Part shown: in pieces, positions 52,082 to 63,284 of the stretch
How the letters are laid out: every line of letters starts with the position of its first letter
How positions within the stretch are numbered: position 1 is the stretch's first letter
Source: an uncultured Planctomycetota bacterium
GTDB lineage: Bacteria > Planctomycetota > Planctomycetia > Gemmatales > Gemmataceae
Reading direction: 5' to 3'
Assembly (NCBI GenBank): GCA_963849325.1
Contig: CAWKHF010000006.1
Span: 64,001 to 128,000 of the forward strand
Length of the DNA: 64,000 nucleotides
The notes under the pieces: model-generated
What the model saw: the letters and a program-made list of their open reading frames with translations, nothing else
Databases searched by the model: none
Told to the model about the DNA's origin: nothing
Position numbers and translations under genes: made by a program

Positions 52082-53761
52082 ATGATCCGGCAAAAGCCCA
52101 GCCGCAAGCCGAGAAAGCCGGCGAAAACGAGCCGCCCCGCTGGCGCCAACGGCAAGGCGAACAAGAAACATCCAGGGACGAGCGGCGCCCCGCAAGATGG
52201 GACCACCGCCGCGCCGGCGCCCGGAGGACGGATGACGCCGCCGATCCGGGGCGTCAAGGTCCGCATGTATCGCACGGGTCTGGGAGACTGCTTTTTGCTG
52301 GCTTTCCCGCGCTCCCGGGCGGCGGATGCCTCCCGCGATGCCTTTTACCTGCTCGTGGATTGCGGCGTTTACAAGGGCACTCCCGAGCCTTACAACGCGA
52401 CGTTGATTGGCAAGATCGTCCAGAACATCCGCGACGCCACCGGCGGACGGCTGGACCTCTTGGTCATCACCCACGAGCATTGGGACCACGTATCGGCCTT
52501 CCACCCCTCGCAGTCCCAGGCGACTTTCGACAAAGAGATCGCCCTGGAAACGCTGTGGATGGCGTGGACGGAGAACCTGAACCTCAAGCTGGCCAAAGAC
52601 CTCCACAACGGCCGCAAGGCCGCTCGGGCCGCCCTGGCCGGCGCGCTGGAGCAGATGCAGGGTCTCGGCGCCGACAGCGAGACGCGCGACCTGATCCGCA
52701 AAGTCCTCGATTTCTTCGGCGATCCGGTGTTCGGGGCCAAGAGCGTCCAGACCGAAGACGCCATGACCTGGATTCGGGAGCATTACGGCAAGGGCAAGAC
52801 GAAGTTCCTCCACCCCGGCGACGGCCCGCTGACTTTCGACGGCGTGCCCGACGCCCGCGTGTACGTCCTGGGACCGCCGGAAGATCCGGTCTTGATCAAG
52901 CGCTACAATCCCAGCGCTTCCGGCTCGGAGGTCTATCCGCGGGCGATGGCCGCAGCCATCGAGGCTTCCTTCTTCGCCGCCTTCGGCGTGGTCCCGACCA
53001 ACCTCGATGATCCTCCCGATAGCGACGCCATCAAGGAGGCCCAGCAGATGAGCCTGCCGTTCGACGAGGGCCATCGCGTCGAGGTCCAGGACGCTCGCAA
53101 GGACAAGTTCTTCCGCGAGCATTACTACGACAAGGACAAGGCGGCCGCGTGGCGGACCATCGAGGGCGACTGGCTGGAAACGGCCGGTGAGTTCGCACTG
53201 CAGCTCGACAGCGCCACCAACAACACGAGCCTGGCGTTCGCCCTGGAGATTGGCCCACCCGGCGAAGGCAAGGTGCTGCTGTTCCCCGGCGACGCTCAGG
53301 TGGGCAACTGGCAGTCGTGGTTCGGCAAGGTCCAGGTCGGCAAGCAGACGGTGGGCAAGGACATGGCCTGGAAGGTGGGAGGCCAATCGATCACGGCCGT
53401 GGACCTTCTGCGGCGTACCGTGCTGTACAAGGTCGGCCACCACGGCAGCCACAACGCCACGCTCCGCGCTCAGGGGTTGGAGCTGATGGGTCGCCCCGAT
53501 GGGACCGCCGAGCTGGTGGCGCTGCTGCCCGTCGATGAGCACGTGGCCCGCGACCTGGCGCACTACGGCGAGATGCCGCTGCGCTCGCTCCTCAAGGAAC
53601 TCGCTCTCCGCACCGGAGGCCGCATCGCCCGCAACGACGAGGGAGCCAAGCCGGCAAACAAGCAGTCCACGCTCGCCCCGATCCCCGGCGCGCCGCCGAT
53701 CCGCTCGAATTTCGTGGACGCGAAAACGGACCTGTATTTCGAGTACACCGTCGATCCTTGA
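52082..53761 (+). CDS. Metallo-beta-lactamase-fold hydrolase (ComEC/Rec2-like)
   Basis: 'GLGDCFLL', 'VDCG', 'THEHWDH', 'NNTSL', 'LFPGDAQ', 'KVGHHGSHNAT'. Confidence 0.85.
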   Translation: MIRQKPSRKPRKPAKTSRPAGANGKANKKHPGTSGAPQDGTTAAPAPGGRMTPPIRGVKVRMYRTGLGDCFLLAFPRSRAADASRDAFYLLVDCGVYKGTPEPYNATLIGKIVQNIRDATGGRLDLLVITHEHWDHVSAFHPSQSQATFDKEIALETLWMAWTENLNLKLAKDLHNGRKAARAALAGALEQMQGLGADSETRDLIRKVLDFFGDPVFGAKSVQTEDAMTWIREHYGKGKTKFLHPGDGPLTFDGVPDARVYVLGPPEDPVLIKRYNPSASGSEVYPRAMAAAIEASFFAAFGVVPTNLDDPPDSDAIKEAQQMSLPFDEGHRVEVQDARKDKFFREHYYDKDKAAAWRTIEGDWLETAGEFALQLDSATNNTSLAFALEIGPPGEGKVLLFPGDAQVGNWQSWFGKVQVGKQTVGKDMAWKVGGQSITAVDLLRRTVLYKVGHHGSHNATLRAQGLELMGRPDGTAELVALLPVDEHVARDLAHYGEMPLRSLLKELALRTGGRIARNDEGAKPANKQSTLAPIPGAPPIRSNFVDAKTDLYFEYTVDP

Positions 53762-53832
53762 GGCGGTGTCCAGGCGTCCGGGCCGGAGCGTCGGCTCGCG
53801 GCATTGCTCTTTCGCTTTACGGAGTCCGCTCC

Positions 53833-56138
53833 ATGCCTTCCACTCCATCGCCTCTGCGTTGGCTTCACGCTTTCGAGTCGGCGCTGGGCTGGCTGCTGCG
53901 CTATCCTCTCCTGCCGCTTCAAATCCTGCTGTTTTTCCTGGTCGCCTGGGGCCGACTCGGCTACGACCTCGGAGCGGAAGACCTGTTCTGGAGCGAGCAC
54001 GCCGGCGAGCAGATCCTCAACGGCGTCGCCTGCGGACTGCTGTTCGGCGAAGTCCTACTGGTCCGCTACCTTCTCGATCCGAATCGCCGACGCTTCTCGT
54101 TCCGCTTCTCCCTCTTCCCCGTCGCGGACGCCGACGTCCGCCGCCTGGGAGCGTATCTGCTGAGGTTGTGGATCCCGAGCTTGCTGGTCCTGTGGGGAGG
54201 CAAACTCTTCTTCCATGACGTTTGGACGGGCGACGTTCGCGTCTGGGCGTTGCCCATCGGCCTGGTCCTCGCCGTCGGGGCGAGCGTTGGGGTCATCGGT
54301 GCGGCCAGCCGGTTTGACTTCCTCACCCGGTTGATCCGGCGCGGGTTGCCGAGCGACACGGAGGCGCTCTCCCTCCACGGCGTGGCCCTGCTGACCACGC
54401 TGTTGTCCGTCCTGGCCCTCTTCCTCCTCTACGTCCTTCACTTCTCCGGCAGCGTATTTTCCCCGATCCTGGTCCTGTGCGTATTGCTCATACTGGCCGA
54501 CGCCGTTTACGGCTTCCTCGCCTTCTGGGCGCCAGGCTCTCAGTTCCTCGCCCTAGTGCTGGTAGTGGGCTTCGCCCTGCTGGCCAACAACAGGTCCGAC
54601 CACGCTTACAAACTCACGTTCCCCAACCTGGAAGACCAGTACGCCAACCCTCTCCGCATCGACGAGGAGTTGGTGGGAGAGGAAGGCGGCAAGCACAAGC
54701 GTCTCGACCATTACTACGAACTGCTGAGAAAACAGGCCGACGGAGAGGAGACGAAGCCCGACCTGATCGCCAGCGAGGGACCTGTGCGAGCGATGGCGGA
54801 GCGTTGGCGGCAAGAGCACAACGACGGCAGCAAACCGCGGCTGGTGCTCATCGCGACCAGCGGCGGCGGCATCCGGGCGGCGGTGTGGACAGCGGTGGTG
54901 CTGGACGGACTGGAGCGCGAGATCGGCCCTCCCTTCCGCGATCACATCCGCCTGTTCACCGGGGCCAGCGGAGGCATGGTCGGGGCCGCCCTGTACGTCG
55001 CCGACTTCGAGAACGCGCCCGCCGATCGGTCGCCGATCAACCCGGACACCGGACTCCGAGGTCTCTCCGAGGAACTGGCTCGGGACAGTTTCGCCGCACC
55101 GTACAGACGATGCTGCTGCAAGACTTGCCAACCCTATGGCGACCGGGCCAGCTCCACTGGGACCGGGGACGCGAACTCGAGCAAACGTGGGCCAAGAACA
55201 CCCTCCGAGCGAACGGACGTTCGCCGTTCCAAAAGTCGTTCAACGAGTTAAAAGACCTCGAAAAAGAGGGACGCCGGCCATCGCTGATTTTCGCGCCGAT
55301 GCTGGTCGAGGACGCTCGTCGGCTGCTGGTCAGCAACCTCGACCTGCTCGACCTGACCTGGACCTCCGGCGACGTACTCGGCTTCACGTCGTTTGCAAAG
55401 CAGTATCCATTCCCCGCCGCGCCCGATCGGCCGCTGTTGTCGCTCGAGTCCGTCGAGCTGTTCCGGCTGTTCCCGTGTGCGCAGGCCAGGTTCGAGGTCG
55501 GCACCGCCGGCCGGATGAACGCCTCCTTTCCGCTGGTCAGCCCCGGCGTCAGCCTGCCGACCAATCCGCCGCGGCGCGTCGTGGACGCCGGCTATTACGA
55601 CAACTATGGGGTCAACCTGGCGGCGCGATGGCTGTATCGTCACGAGCCGGCCCTCCGCGAATACACCTCCGGCGTTGTCCTGATCGAGGTTCGCGCCTAT
55701 CGCAACGGCTACGCGCGCTGGCACTTCCAGGACAAGGAAGCGGAGAAATCGCAACCCGACCCCAACCGCGAGGGAGCGCCCCGCCGGGACCGAGATGCGC
55801 TGGAGGCGACCCTGGAGTGGCTGTCCACGCCGGTCGAGGCGCTGTTGAACGCACGCGATCGGGCGGCCTACTACCGCAATGACGAGCTGCTCGAAGGACT
55901 GGACCGGCATTTCAACCGCAAGCAGTCGGATTTCTTCACGACGATCGCGTTCGAGTGTGAGGTGGACGCCGCCCTGAGCTGGACGCTGCCGGCCAACGAA
56001 GCCCGGCGGATCGCCCAGGCGTTTTATCGCCGGCCGGATAGCGCGGACGCCGCCGAGCGGATGCCGCGCTGGATCCGGACTCGGGTGCGATCTCTGCAAG
56101 ATTGGTTCGGCAAGGGCGGACGAGTCTCGGCCCCCTGA
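53833..56138 (+). CDS. Multi-TM protein with patatin-like phospholipase domain (frameshift ~55095)
   Basis: Several N-terminal hydrophobic helices; 'SGGGIRAA', 'GASGG', 'NASFPLVSP', 'VVDAGYYDNYG'. Confidence 0.85.
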
Positions 56139-56169
56139 CGACCTCGGGCTTTATCCGTGGGAGGCGCCC

Positions 56170-59100
56170 ATGTCTGTGAATCGGCAGGAGGGCGGACTGC
56201 TGCTCGGCTTCGCCGCCCTGGCCACCCTTTTCGTGACGATGCAACCCAAACCGGCCGAACACAGCATCGCCAAGGAAGGGGAGAAACGACGCGAGGAAGC
56301 GAAGGCGTCGCTGCGCGATGCCGGCCCGTCCGAGGGACCGGTGCCGGATGGACCGACCAAGCCCATCTGGGACTTCCTCGCGCTCGCTCCGGCGAAGGCC
56401 GAGACGCGGACCACACGCTACGCGGTTGAGCTATCCCGCAACGGCGCCGTCGTTACGGAAGAGACGGCCGGTCCCGAGGCGGCGGCGAAGCTCTACGATT
56501 GGCCCGCGTGCTGTGATCTGGAGGGTTTCACGTTTCGCTTCCTGATAGCCACGGTGCCGGACCCGTTCGATTCCGGCTTCGGCTATGCGTTCGACCAGGT
56601 GGTGGAGGCGGTGCAGCGCGCCGTGGAGGCGGACGATTACGTCATCGACCGCGCCTGGCTTCCGTGGCGCCGCGCCGCCTCGGGCCGGCCCGCCGATCCG
56701 CGCCTTCACGAGAGACATCCGGGCCTGGTCCTCTTCCGCGACGACAATCCGCCGACGAAGGCTTCGCAACGGGGCGGCCGACTACAACGGCGACTGCTGG
56801 CCCTGCTGCTGGTCGGCGAAACCGCCACGGCTGGCATCAACCGATTCGCCTTCCGCAACGCCGTCCGCGTCATCCACTCCTGTCCGGGGCACAAGGAAGA
56901 GGGCAATCGCATCCGCGTTCTGGGGCCTCACTTTTCCGGCTCGGCCGTCTCCCTCGGCCTGGCACTGCAGGAGACCCGGAAAATCATGGAGCACATGCCC
57001 CGCGGGGAGAAGCCGCGCGAGCCGTGGATCAAGGTCGTCTGCGGCAGCGCGTCGGGGTTCATTCACCACGACTTTGTCAAGACCTACGACGAGGACGGAT
57101 GGCGGGGCGACCCGAAAGACGAGGAGGAGCCGGCTTTCGCAACCACCATCCTGCCCAATGACCTGCTGCTTCGCTGGGCACGCAAATACCTGGGCAACCC
57201 AGCCGACCCCGTACACGGGAAATCGCCGGCGCCGATCGTCGTGCTCCACGAAGCGAACACGAGTTTCGGCCAGTTTTCGATCGACCTGAATATGATCGGC
57301 AAGGGGAAACAAACCGGAGACAACGACCAGAAAATCGAGTTGTTCCTGATACCGTTCCCCCTGCACATTTCGCAGCTGCGGGCTTCCTATACGAAGGAGC
57401 AGATGGCCCGCGCCGAGAGCCAGGGCTTGCCGCGCTCGGGCCGAAACCTCCCCTTCCCCTCGGAGGACCAGGACAAGGGAGAGGCGGGACAGGAGGCGAT
57501 TGCCGTCCAAAATCCGCTGATGACGGCCGCCATCGACGACCTGGTCCTCGGCAACCTGGTCACCACCATGGCGCAAAAGCGGACCAACTATGCCTGCCTG
57601 GTCAGTACCGACGTCCGCGACACGATCTTTCTGGCTCAGGAGATCCGCAACCATCAACGTGACGTGCAGCTCGTCACCCTGGGCAGCGATCTGCTTTTGA
57701 CGCACGAGGACTACAACTACGCCCTGCACGGTATGGTCGTGGCTTCGACCTATCCGCTTTACCCCTCCGTCCAGGGGTGGAGCGACGTGGCGCGGGACCG
57801 GCGCTACTCCGGACGGATCCTCTTCGCCCAGGAGGCTTACCAAGGCTGCTATAACGCCGCCCTCGTCCACCTCGCGGACAAGCAGAAGGAGAGGACGCAG
57901 GCGGAGAAACTCACGTCCCTCATGATGGATTACGGTTGGGAGGGGACGCGAGGAGATGTCACCATGCCGCCGCTGTGGATCAGCGTGGTCGGCGGCAACG
58001 GACAGATGGTCCCCGTCACGTACATCGCGCCGAAGGAGTATGCCCCGTGCGATGACTCTCTCCAGTACCTCTATCAGCGGAAGCGCGCGCCCTCGGCCCC
58101 CAATCGGGTATCTTACGGGCGGCTGACTCCTCCCAACATGTGGTTCTTCTCCTTCGCCGTCTTCCTGGTTGTCAACGTCTGTTTTTTTTATCGCGTCTGC
58201 TACTACTTGGGGGACTCGTGCTGGGGCGTCACCGTCGCCGACCGTGCCGCGCGCTACAAGCAGCGCATCGACTTCGCGGTGGGCTGCCTGGCCCAGGTGC
58301 TGCTATACGGGATGATGGCGGAGCTGACCTGCACGCCTCTGCGGGCCGGCCTCTGGACACAAGACCGTCTCGTCGCCTTCGCGGTCGGCCTGGTCCTGCT
58401 CGCCTCCGTCCTCATGGTGGCGGCCGCCTGGGTCATGCTGATAGTCGCTCACTGTCAGGAGTTCGAGGGCTTCGCGCTGAAGCGCCGCTGGGATGCCTAC
58501 GTGGAGATATTTCGGGGGTCGGCAACCATGCGTGGCTGGCCCCGTTGGCTGGGCTGGCCATCGCGCGGCGGCTCCTGGATTGCCGTCTCCGACCTTGCCA
58601 TGCTCGCGGTAGTGACCTTCGCGGTGGTCGGTTTCGCCTGGCGTATCTTCTTCAGCGCCACCGGCGACTTTCAGCCCCAGAAGATGATCCAGTTCGAGCG
58701 AACCGTTCATCTCTCCAATGGTGTCTCCCCCCTTCTGCCGCGCGTGTTCTTTTGCGCGGCCCTGTTCGGCTGGAGTTTCTTCCTCGTCAAGAAGCTGCAC
58801 CTGGCCAACCATTACTCCGTCGAGAGTCCGTTCCCCTGCAATGGGTCGGCGAGCTTCAACGGACTGCGCGGCCTCCACCGCGCCGTCCATTCCGAGCTGA
58901 TGCCGCCGAGCACGCTTCAGAAGCATTTCGGCTGGTGCTTGTTGACGTTCGGGCTGGTGCTGATTGGCTTCATCAAGCTGGCTTACGACGCCGCCTGGCC
59001 GATAGACGGTGTGGGGTTTGGCCGCTGGGCGTCGATCGGGTTTTGCGCCGGCTCCTTCTTGCTGTTGTTTACCCTGCTCCAGTTTCACTTCGCCTGGCGC

Positions 59101-60084
59101 AGCCTGCGCAAGTTGCTGCGTTTCGTGGCCCTGCTGCCAATGCAGAACGCCTTCGAGCGCCTCTCCGACAAGGTAGTGGGCATCTTCGGCCACTACCTGT
59201 ATTCCCTGCGTCCTCGGCACTCCCACCTTGGCATCAACGTCCAGCAGTTCCATCGGGTGCGCCGGCTGTTCCTGCCCTTCCGCGTCGAACTGCAGCGCGC
59301 CGCTCAATCGAACCTTCCCCTCGGGCAACTAGACCCCGCGACCCTCGGCGCTGCCTGGCAGGAAGTGCAAATCGTTTTCCCCAACTTGGTGTTCGGCCCG
59401 CCCGTCGCTCAACAGTTCGACCAGGAGTTGAATCCCGTCGTCGAGGAGGACATGGAGCCGCCGGCCGGTTCGTCCGTCCTGGAATGGGGCGGCGTCACCG
59501 GAGAGGACATTCACCAGCTGACGCGGCGCTGCCTTCGCGTGCTGTATCCGTTCTGGTCGATCCACTCGATGGAAGAGGCGTTCGGGCGGGCGCCCCAAAC
59601 CGGCGAGTCGGCGGAACACGCGGCCGGTACACCGAACTTCCTGTCGCTGCCGGAAGGCGACGCCCTCCGCGAGTGGATCGTCGCCGCCGAAGACTTCGTC
59701 GCCATCGAGATCATCCGCTATCTGAGCCAATTTATCGTCCAGCTCCGCAATCTCCTCACCTGCCTGACGCTCGGCTCCTTGCTGCTGGTGTTGGCGGCAA
59801 CGGTGTACCCCTTCTCCGCGCAGTACCAACTGCTCCTCTTTCTGACCGCCCTGGCCGGCGGCATCGCCCTGTTCATCCTGACGTTCCTGGTCCAGCTCAA
59901 CCGGGACGAACTCGTCAGCCGGATCACTCGGAGTACGCCGAACCGCTTCACGCCGGACTGGTCTTTCCTGCACGGCGCAACCGCCTATGTCTTGCCGATC
60001 CTCGCCGGCTTGATGGTGCAATTCCCGTTGGTGACCTCGACGCTGCGATCACTGCTGGATCCCCTCTTCCACATCATCAAATGA
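56170..60084 (+). CDS. 1304-aa membrane protein: large N-terminal alpha/beta domain plus many C-terminal TM helices; function unknown
   Basis: Intact ORF; 'FLIATVPDP', 'LVGETATAGIN', 'LGPHFSGS', 'PFPLHISQLR', 'SPLLP', 'NRDELVSRI'. Confidence 0.8.
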   Translation: MSVNRQEGGLLLGFAALATLFVTMQPKPAEHSIAKEGEKRREEAKASLRDAGPSEGPVPDGPTKPIWDFLALAPAKAETRTTRYAVELSRNGAVVTEETAGPEAAAKLYDWPACCDLEGFTFRFLIATVPDPFDSGFGYAFDQVVEAVQRAVEADDYVIDRAWLPWRRAASGRPADPRLHERHPGLVLFRDDNPPTKASQRGGRLQRRLLALLLVGETATAGINRFAFRNAVRVIHSCPGHKEEGNRIRVLGPHFSGSAVSLGLALQETRKIMEHMPRGEKPREPWIKVVCGSASGFIHHDFVKTYDEDGWRGDPKDEEEPAFATTILPNDLLLRWARKYLGNPADPVHGKSPAPIVVLHEANTSFGQFSIDLNMIGKGKQTGDNDQKIELFLIPFPLHISQLRASYTKEQMARAESQGLPRSGRNLPFPSEDQDKGEAGQEAIAVQNPLMTAAIDDLVLGNLVTTMAQKRTNYACLVSTDVRDTIFLAQEIRNHQRDVQLVTLGSDLLLTHEDYNYALHGMVVASTYPLYPSVQGWSDVARDRRYSGRILFAQEAYQGCYNAALVHLADKQKERTQAEKLTSLMMDYGWEGTRGDVTMPPLWISVVGGNGQMVPVTYIAPKEYAPCDDSLQYLYQRKRAPSAPNRVSYGRLTPPNMWFFSFAVFLVVNVCFFYRVCYYLGDSCWGVTVADRAARYKQRIDFAVGCLAQVLLYGMMAELTCTPLRAGLWTQDRLVAFAVGLVLLASVLMVAAAWVMLIVAHCQEFEGFALKRRWDAYVEIFRGSATMRGWPRWLGWPSRGGSWIAVSDLAMLAVVTFAVVGFAWRIFFSATGDFQPQKMIQFERTVHLSNGVSPLLPRVFFCAALFGWSFFLVKKLHLANHYSVESPFPCNGSASFNGLRGLHRAVHSELMPPSTLQKHFGWCLLTFGLVLIGFIKLAYDAAWPIDGVGFGRWASIGFCAGSFLLLFTLLQFHFAWRSLRKLLRFVALLPMQNAFERLSDKVVGIFGHYLYSLRPRHSHLGINVQQFHRVRRLFLPFRVELQRAAQSNLPLGQLDPATLGAAWQEVQIVFPNLVFGPPVAQQFDQELNPVVEEDMEPPAGSSVLEWGGVTGEDIHQLTRRCLRVLYPFWSIHSMEEAFGRAPQTGESAEHAAGTPNFLSLPEGDALREWIVAAEDFVAIEIIRYLSQFIVQLRNLLTCLTLGSLLLVLAATVYPFSAQYQLLLFLTALAGGIALFILTFLVQLNRDELVSRITRSTPNRFTPDWSFLHGATAYVLPILAGLMVQFPLVTSTLRSLLDPLFHIIK

Positions 60085-60178
60085 GGGGCGGGAAGGCCTG
60101 CGCTTTCTTCAAATCTCTTTTATTTTCCCCACGCGGCCGGGTCGATCAATCAGACAGGCGGACACTTCTGGCTGCCGT

Positions 60179-60236
60179 CCGAGCCGCGACCGTCAGGGAG
60201 CGGAGAAAGCCCCGCTCGCTCACGCTCGCGGCTCGG
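60179..60236. repeat. Palindromic element (family C, degenerate)
   Basis: ccgagccgcgaccgtcagggagcgg ... ccgctcgctcacgctcgcggctcgg. Confidence 0.85.
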
Positions 60237-60269
60237 ATTGGTCCGCGCGCTCGAAGGAGGAGGGGCGAG

Positions 60270-61319
60270 ATGGGCAACCTGATCCTGTGGATGGAAGAAA
60301 ATCCCACGCTGACCGCCGGCTTGTGTGTGCTGGCGGTGTTCGGGTTGCTCAACCTGTTGGCCTATCGCCACGCCCGCGCCCTGACGCACTTCGCGCCGCC
60401 GCTCCGCGGTTTGCGGACGAGAGAGGGCCGGCGTCCGCGGGAGGGACCGTTGACGCTCGCGGACAAGGTACGTCTGGCCGTCAACGGCGTGGCGATGGAG
60501 CGACCCACCGAGGAAGGACGGCCGGATCAGATCGGACTGCCTTACGAGGACCACGACTTGGCGGGAGGCGGCGGACGACTCGCTGCCTGGCACATCCCTC
60601 ACGCCAACCCGGCCGGACTGGTCGTCCTCTTTCACGGTTACGCCGCCGGCAAAGCCCGCTTGCTGCCGGAAGCGAAGGGCTTCCACGATCTCGGCTACGC
60701 CTGTTTCCTCGTCGATTTTCGCGGCCACGGCAGTTCGGACGGCGATCGCACGTCAATCGGCTACCACGAGGCCGACGACGTGGCGCGAACCGTGGCCTAC
60801 GTGCGCGGCCGCTGGCCGAGCGAGCGACTTCTCCTCTTTGGTCAGTCGATGGGGGCGGCGGCCGTATTGCGGGCGTTGGCTCGGCAGGCGATGAGGCCGG
60901 ACGCGGTGATGCTGGAGTGTCCGTTCGATCGGCTGCTGTCCACGGTGGAGGCGCGTTTCCGCGTCCTGGGGCTGCCGGCGTTCCCGGCGGCGCGGCTGCT
61001 GGTCTTCTGGGGCGGTTGGCAGCACGGTTTCAACGGCTTCGGCCACAACCCCGCCGCCTACGCGCGCCGCCTGACGTGTCCGGCCCTGCTGCTGCACGGC
61101 ACGCTCGACAACCGCGTCTCTGGCGCCCAGATTGCCTCGATCTATCACAACCTCGGCGGCGCCAAGCAGCTGCACTCGTTCGAGGGCGCCGGACACGAAT
61201 CCTTCGCGGCCGGTCGGCCGCAGGAGTGGAGCGCGTGTGTCGGTCGTTTCCTGCACGGTTTAGCCGCGACGCGCAGCGGAGCGCGGCAAGCCCCGCGCTC
61301 CGCGGCGCGTCGCGGCTAA
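60270..61319 (+). CDS. Alpha/beta-fold hydrolase with N-terminal TM
   Basis: GGAGG RBS; 'LFHGY', '[10 protein letters not shown]', 'GQSMG', 'HGTLD', 'GAGH'. Confidence 0.9.
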   Translation: MGNLILWMEENPTLTAGLCVLAVFGLLNLLAYRHARALTHFAPPLRGLRTREGRRPREGPLTLADKVRLAVNGVAMERPTEEGRPDQIGLPYEDHDLAGGGGRLAAWHIPHANPAGLVVLFHGYAAGKARLLPEAKGFHDLGYACFLVDFRGHGSSDGDRTSIGYHEADDVARTVAYVRGRWPSERLLLFGQSMGAAAVLRALARQAMRPDAVMLECPFDRLLSTVEARFRVLGLPAFPAARLLVFWGGWQHGFNGFGHNPAAYARRLTCPALLLHGTLDNRVSGAQIASIYHNLGGAKQLHSFEGAGHESFAAGRPQEWSACVGRFLHGLAATRSGARQAPRSAARRG

Positions 61320-61321
61320 AC
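61258..61321. repeat. Palindromic REP-like element (family A) supplying the 3' ends of two convergent genes
   Basis: gtttagccgcgacgcgcagcggagcgcgg ... ccgcgctccgcggcgcgtcgcggctaaac. Confidence 0.9.
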
Positions 61322-63217
61322 TCCATTCAATTCCACCGCTTCCTCCCAGTGCTCGTACAACTGCTGGAGCCGCGCCTTGGCTTCCTCGAACGCTCGGGTC
61401 GTCTGCTTGACGCGCTCGCCGTCGCGGTACAATTCCGGCGACGCCAGGAGCTGTTCCAATTCCTGAATCTCGGTCTCGGTGGCCGCGATCTCCGCTTCCA
61501 GATCCTCGACCTTGCGATAGGGGAACTTCCGTTTGCGCTTGCCCTTCGCCGGCGCCGGTTCCGGCGGCTCGGTCTTCTTTCGTATTTCGGATTTGGGAGG
61601 TCTGATCTCTCCCTGACCGGCGCACATCATCTGGTAGGTGTCGTAATTGCCGTGAATGACCTGGACGCGGCCGGCGCTGTCGAGCACCAGCAGCAGATCG
61701 ACGACGCGGTTGAGGAAGTAGCGATCGTGGCTGACCACGAGGACCGTGCCCTCGAACTCCAGCAGCGCCTGCTCCAGGGCGTCGCACGCCCACAGGTCGA
61801 GATGGTTGGTCGGCTCGTCGAGGACCAGGACGTTGACGCCCTGCGCCACCAGTTTGGCCAGGGCGGCCCGGCTCTTCTCGCCGCCGGACAGGTCGCCGAC
61901 GCGCTGGTAAATCTGTTCGCCGCTCAGCCCGAAACGGGCCAGCAGGTCGCGCATGCCTTGTTCCTCGGCACTGGGGTCGGCGTCCGGCCAGACGGCGCGG
62001 ATCACCGGCTTGTCCGCCGGCAGCGCTTGCAGGTTCTGATCGTAATAACCGAATTCGACCAGATGACCGCGCCGCACTTCGCCGCGATCTGGCTCCTCCT
62101 CGCCCAGCAGCACGCGCAATAGCGTCGTCTTGCCGCTGCCGTTTGGTCCCATGATGCCCATGCGCCGGCCGCGCGGCAGGCTGAAGCTCAGATCCTCAAA
62201 GAGCGGCTGATCGTACGACTTGGCCAGGTCCACGACGTCCAGCACCACGTCGCCGCTGCGGCGCACGGACCCGAAGTGCATGTGCGGCGTCTCGACCTTC
62301 GTCGGTCGTTCCAGCCGTTCGATCTTGTCGATGGCCTTCTGGCGCGACGCCGCCTGCTTGTGCAGCTGGCCATAGTGGACGCGGCGAATGTACTCCTCCT
62401 GCTTGGCGATGTACTCGCGCTGCGCTTCCCACGCCTTGCATTCCTGCTCGTAGCGTTCCTGGCGCAGCCGCCAGTATTGCCGGAAATTGCCGGGATACGA
62501 CGTGATGCGATGGCCGTGCAGCTCGAACACCTTGGTCACCACGCGGTCGAGAAAATAGCGATCGTGGCTGACGATCAGCATGGCCTCGGCCTGCTTGACG
62601 AGGTAGTCCTCCAGCCAGCGTGTCGTGTCGATGTCGAGATGGTTGCTCGGCTCGTCGAGCAGCATGACGTCGGGCGAGGCGAGCAGCAGCTTGGCGAGCA
62701 TGAGCCGGCCCTGCTGACCGCCGCTGAACGTCTCGACGGCCCGGCCGTAATCCTCCGGCCGGAAGCCGAGTCCGTCCAGCACCTGCTCGACGTGATGATC
62801 GACGTTGTAGGCATCGTGATGGCGCAGCAGCTCGTTGAGGCGATCGTAGCGCGCGGCGAGACTTTTGCGCTCGGCCTCGTCGCTGGCGCGGGCCAGCGCC
62901 TCGGCGGTGCGAATCATGTCGTCGTGAGCGGCGAGCAGCTCGTCGAGAGCGGAGCGCGCCTCGGCGAACAGGGTACGGCCCGGCTCGAACAGCGGCTGCT
63001 GGCGCAGCAGGCTGACGCGGGCGCCGGCGTGCAGCCGCACTTCGCCATCGTCGGGCCGATCGAGTCCGGCCAGGAGGCGCAGCAGCGTCGTCTTGCCGGC
63101 GCCGTTGGGACCGACAAGGCCGACGCGCTCGCCGGCCTGGAGTTCAAAGCCGATGTCCTGGAAAAGCGGCCCTTCGTCAAAGCCGCGAGAGAGGCGGGAG
63201 CAACTCAGCAACAACAT
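61316..63217 (-). CDS. ABC-F family ATP-binding protein (Uup-like)
   Basis: Two ABC cassettes '[22 protein letters not shown]' and '[22 protein letters not shown]'; no TM; C-terminal coiled coil. Confidence 0.93.
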   Translation of the reverse strand: MLLLSCSRLSRGFDEGPLFQDIGFELQAGERVGLVGPNGAGKTTLLRLLAGLDRPDDGEVRLHAGARVSLLRQQPLFEPGRTLFAEARSALDELLAAHDDMIRTAEALARASDEAERKSLAARYDRLNELLRHHDAYNVDHHVEQVLDGLGFRPEDYGRAVETFSGGQQGRLMLAKLLLASPDVMLLDEPSNHLDIDTTRWLEDYLVKQAEAMLIVSHDRYFLDRVVTKVFELHGHRITSYPGNFRQYWRLRQERYEQECKAWEAQREYIAKQEEYIRRVHYGQLHKQAASRQKAIDKIERLERPTKVETPHMHFGSVRRSGDVVLDVVDLAKSYDQPLFEDLSFSLPRGRRMGIMGPNGSGKTTLLRVLLGEEEPDRGEVRRGHLVEFGYYDQNLQALPADKPVIRAVWPDADPSAEEQGMRDLLARFGLSGEQIYQRVGDLSGGEKSRAALAKLVAQGVNVLVLDEPTNHLDLWACDALEQALLEFEGTVLVVSHDRYFLNRVVDLLLVLDSAGRVQVIHGNYDTYQMMCAGQGEIRPPKSEIRKKTEPPEPAPAKGKRKRKFPYRKVEDLEAEIAATETEIQELEQLLASPELYRDGERVKQTTRAFEEAKARLQQLYEHWEEAVELNGV

Positions 63218-63284
63218 GCGCGATCGTCGGTCCTCTCGGGATGAACCAAAGGTGTTTCGCGGCGGCTCGGGGCATGGCCGCAAC

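Noticed and set aside
58140-61319. 1059-aa hydrolase
   Set aside because: Only the part from ATG 60270 (with RBS) is hydrolase-like. The rest overlaps the 1304-aa gene in another frame.
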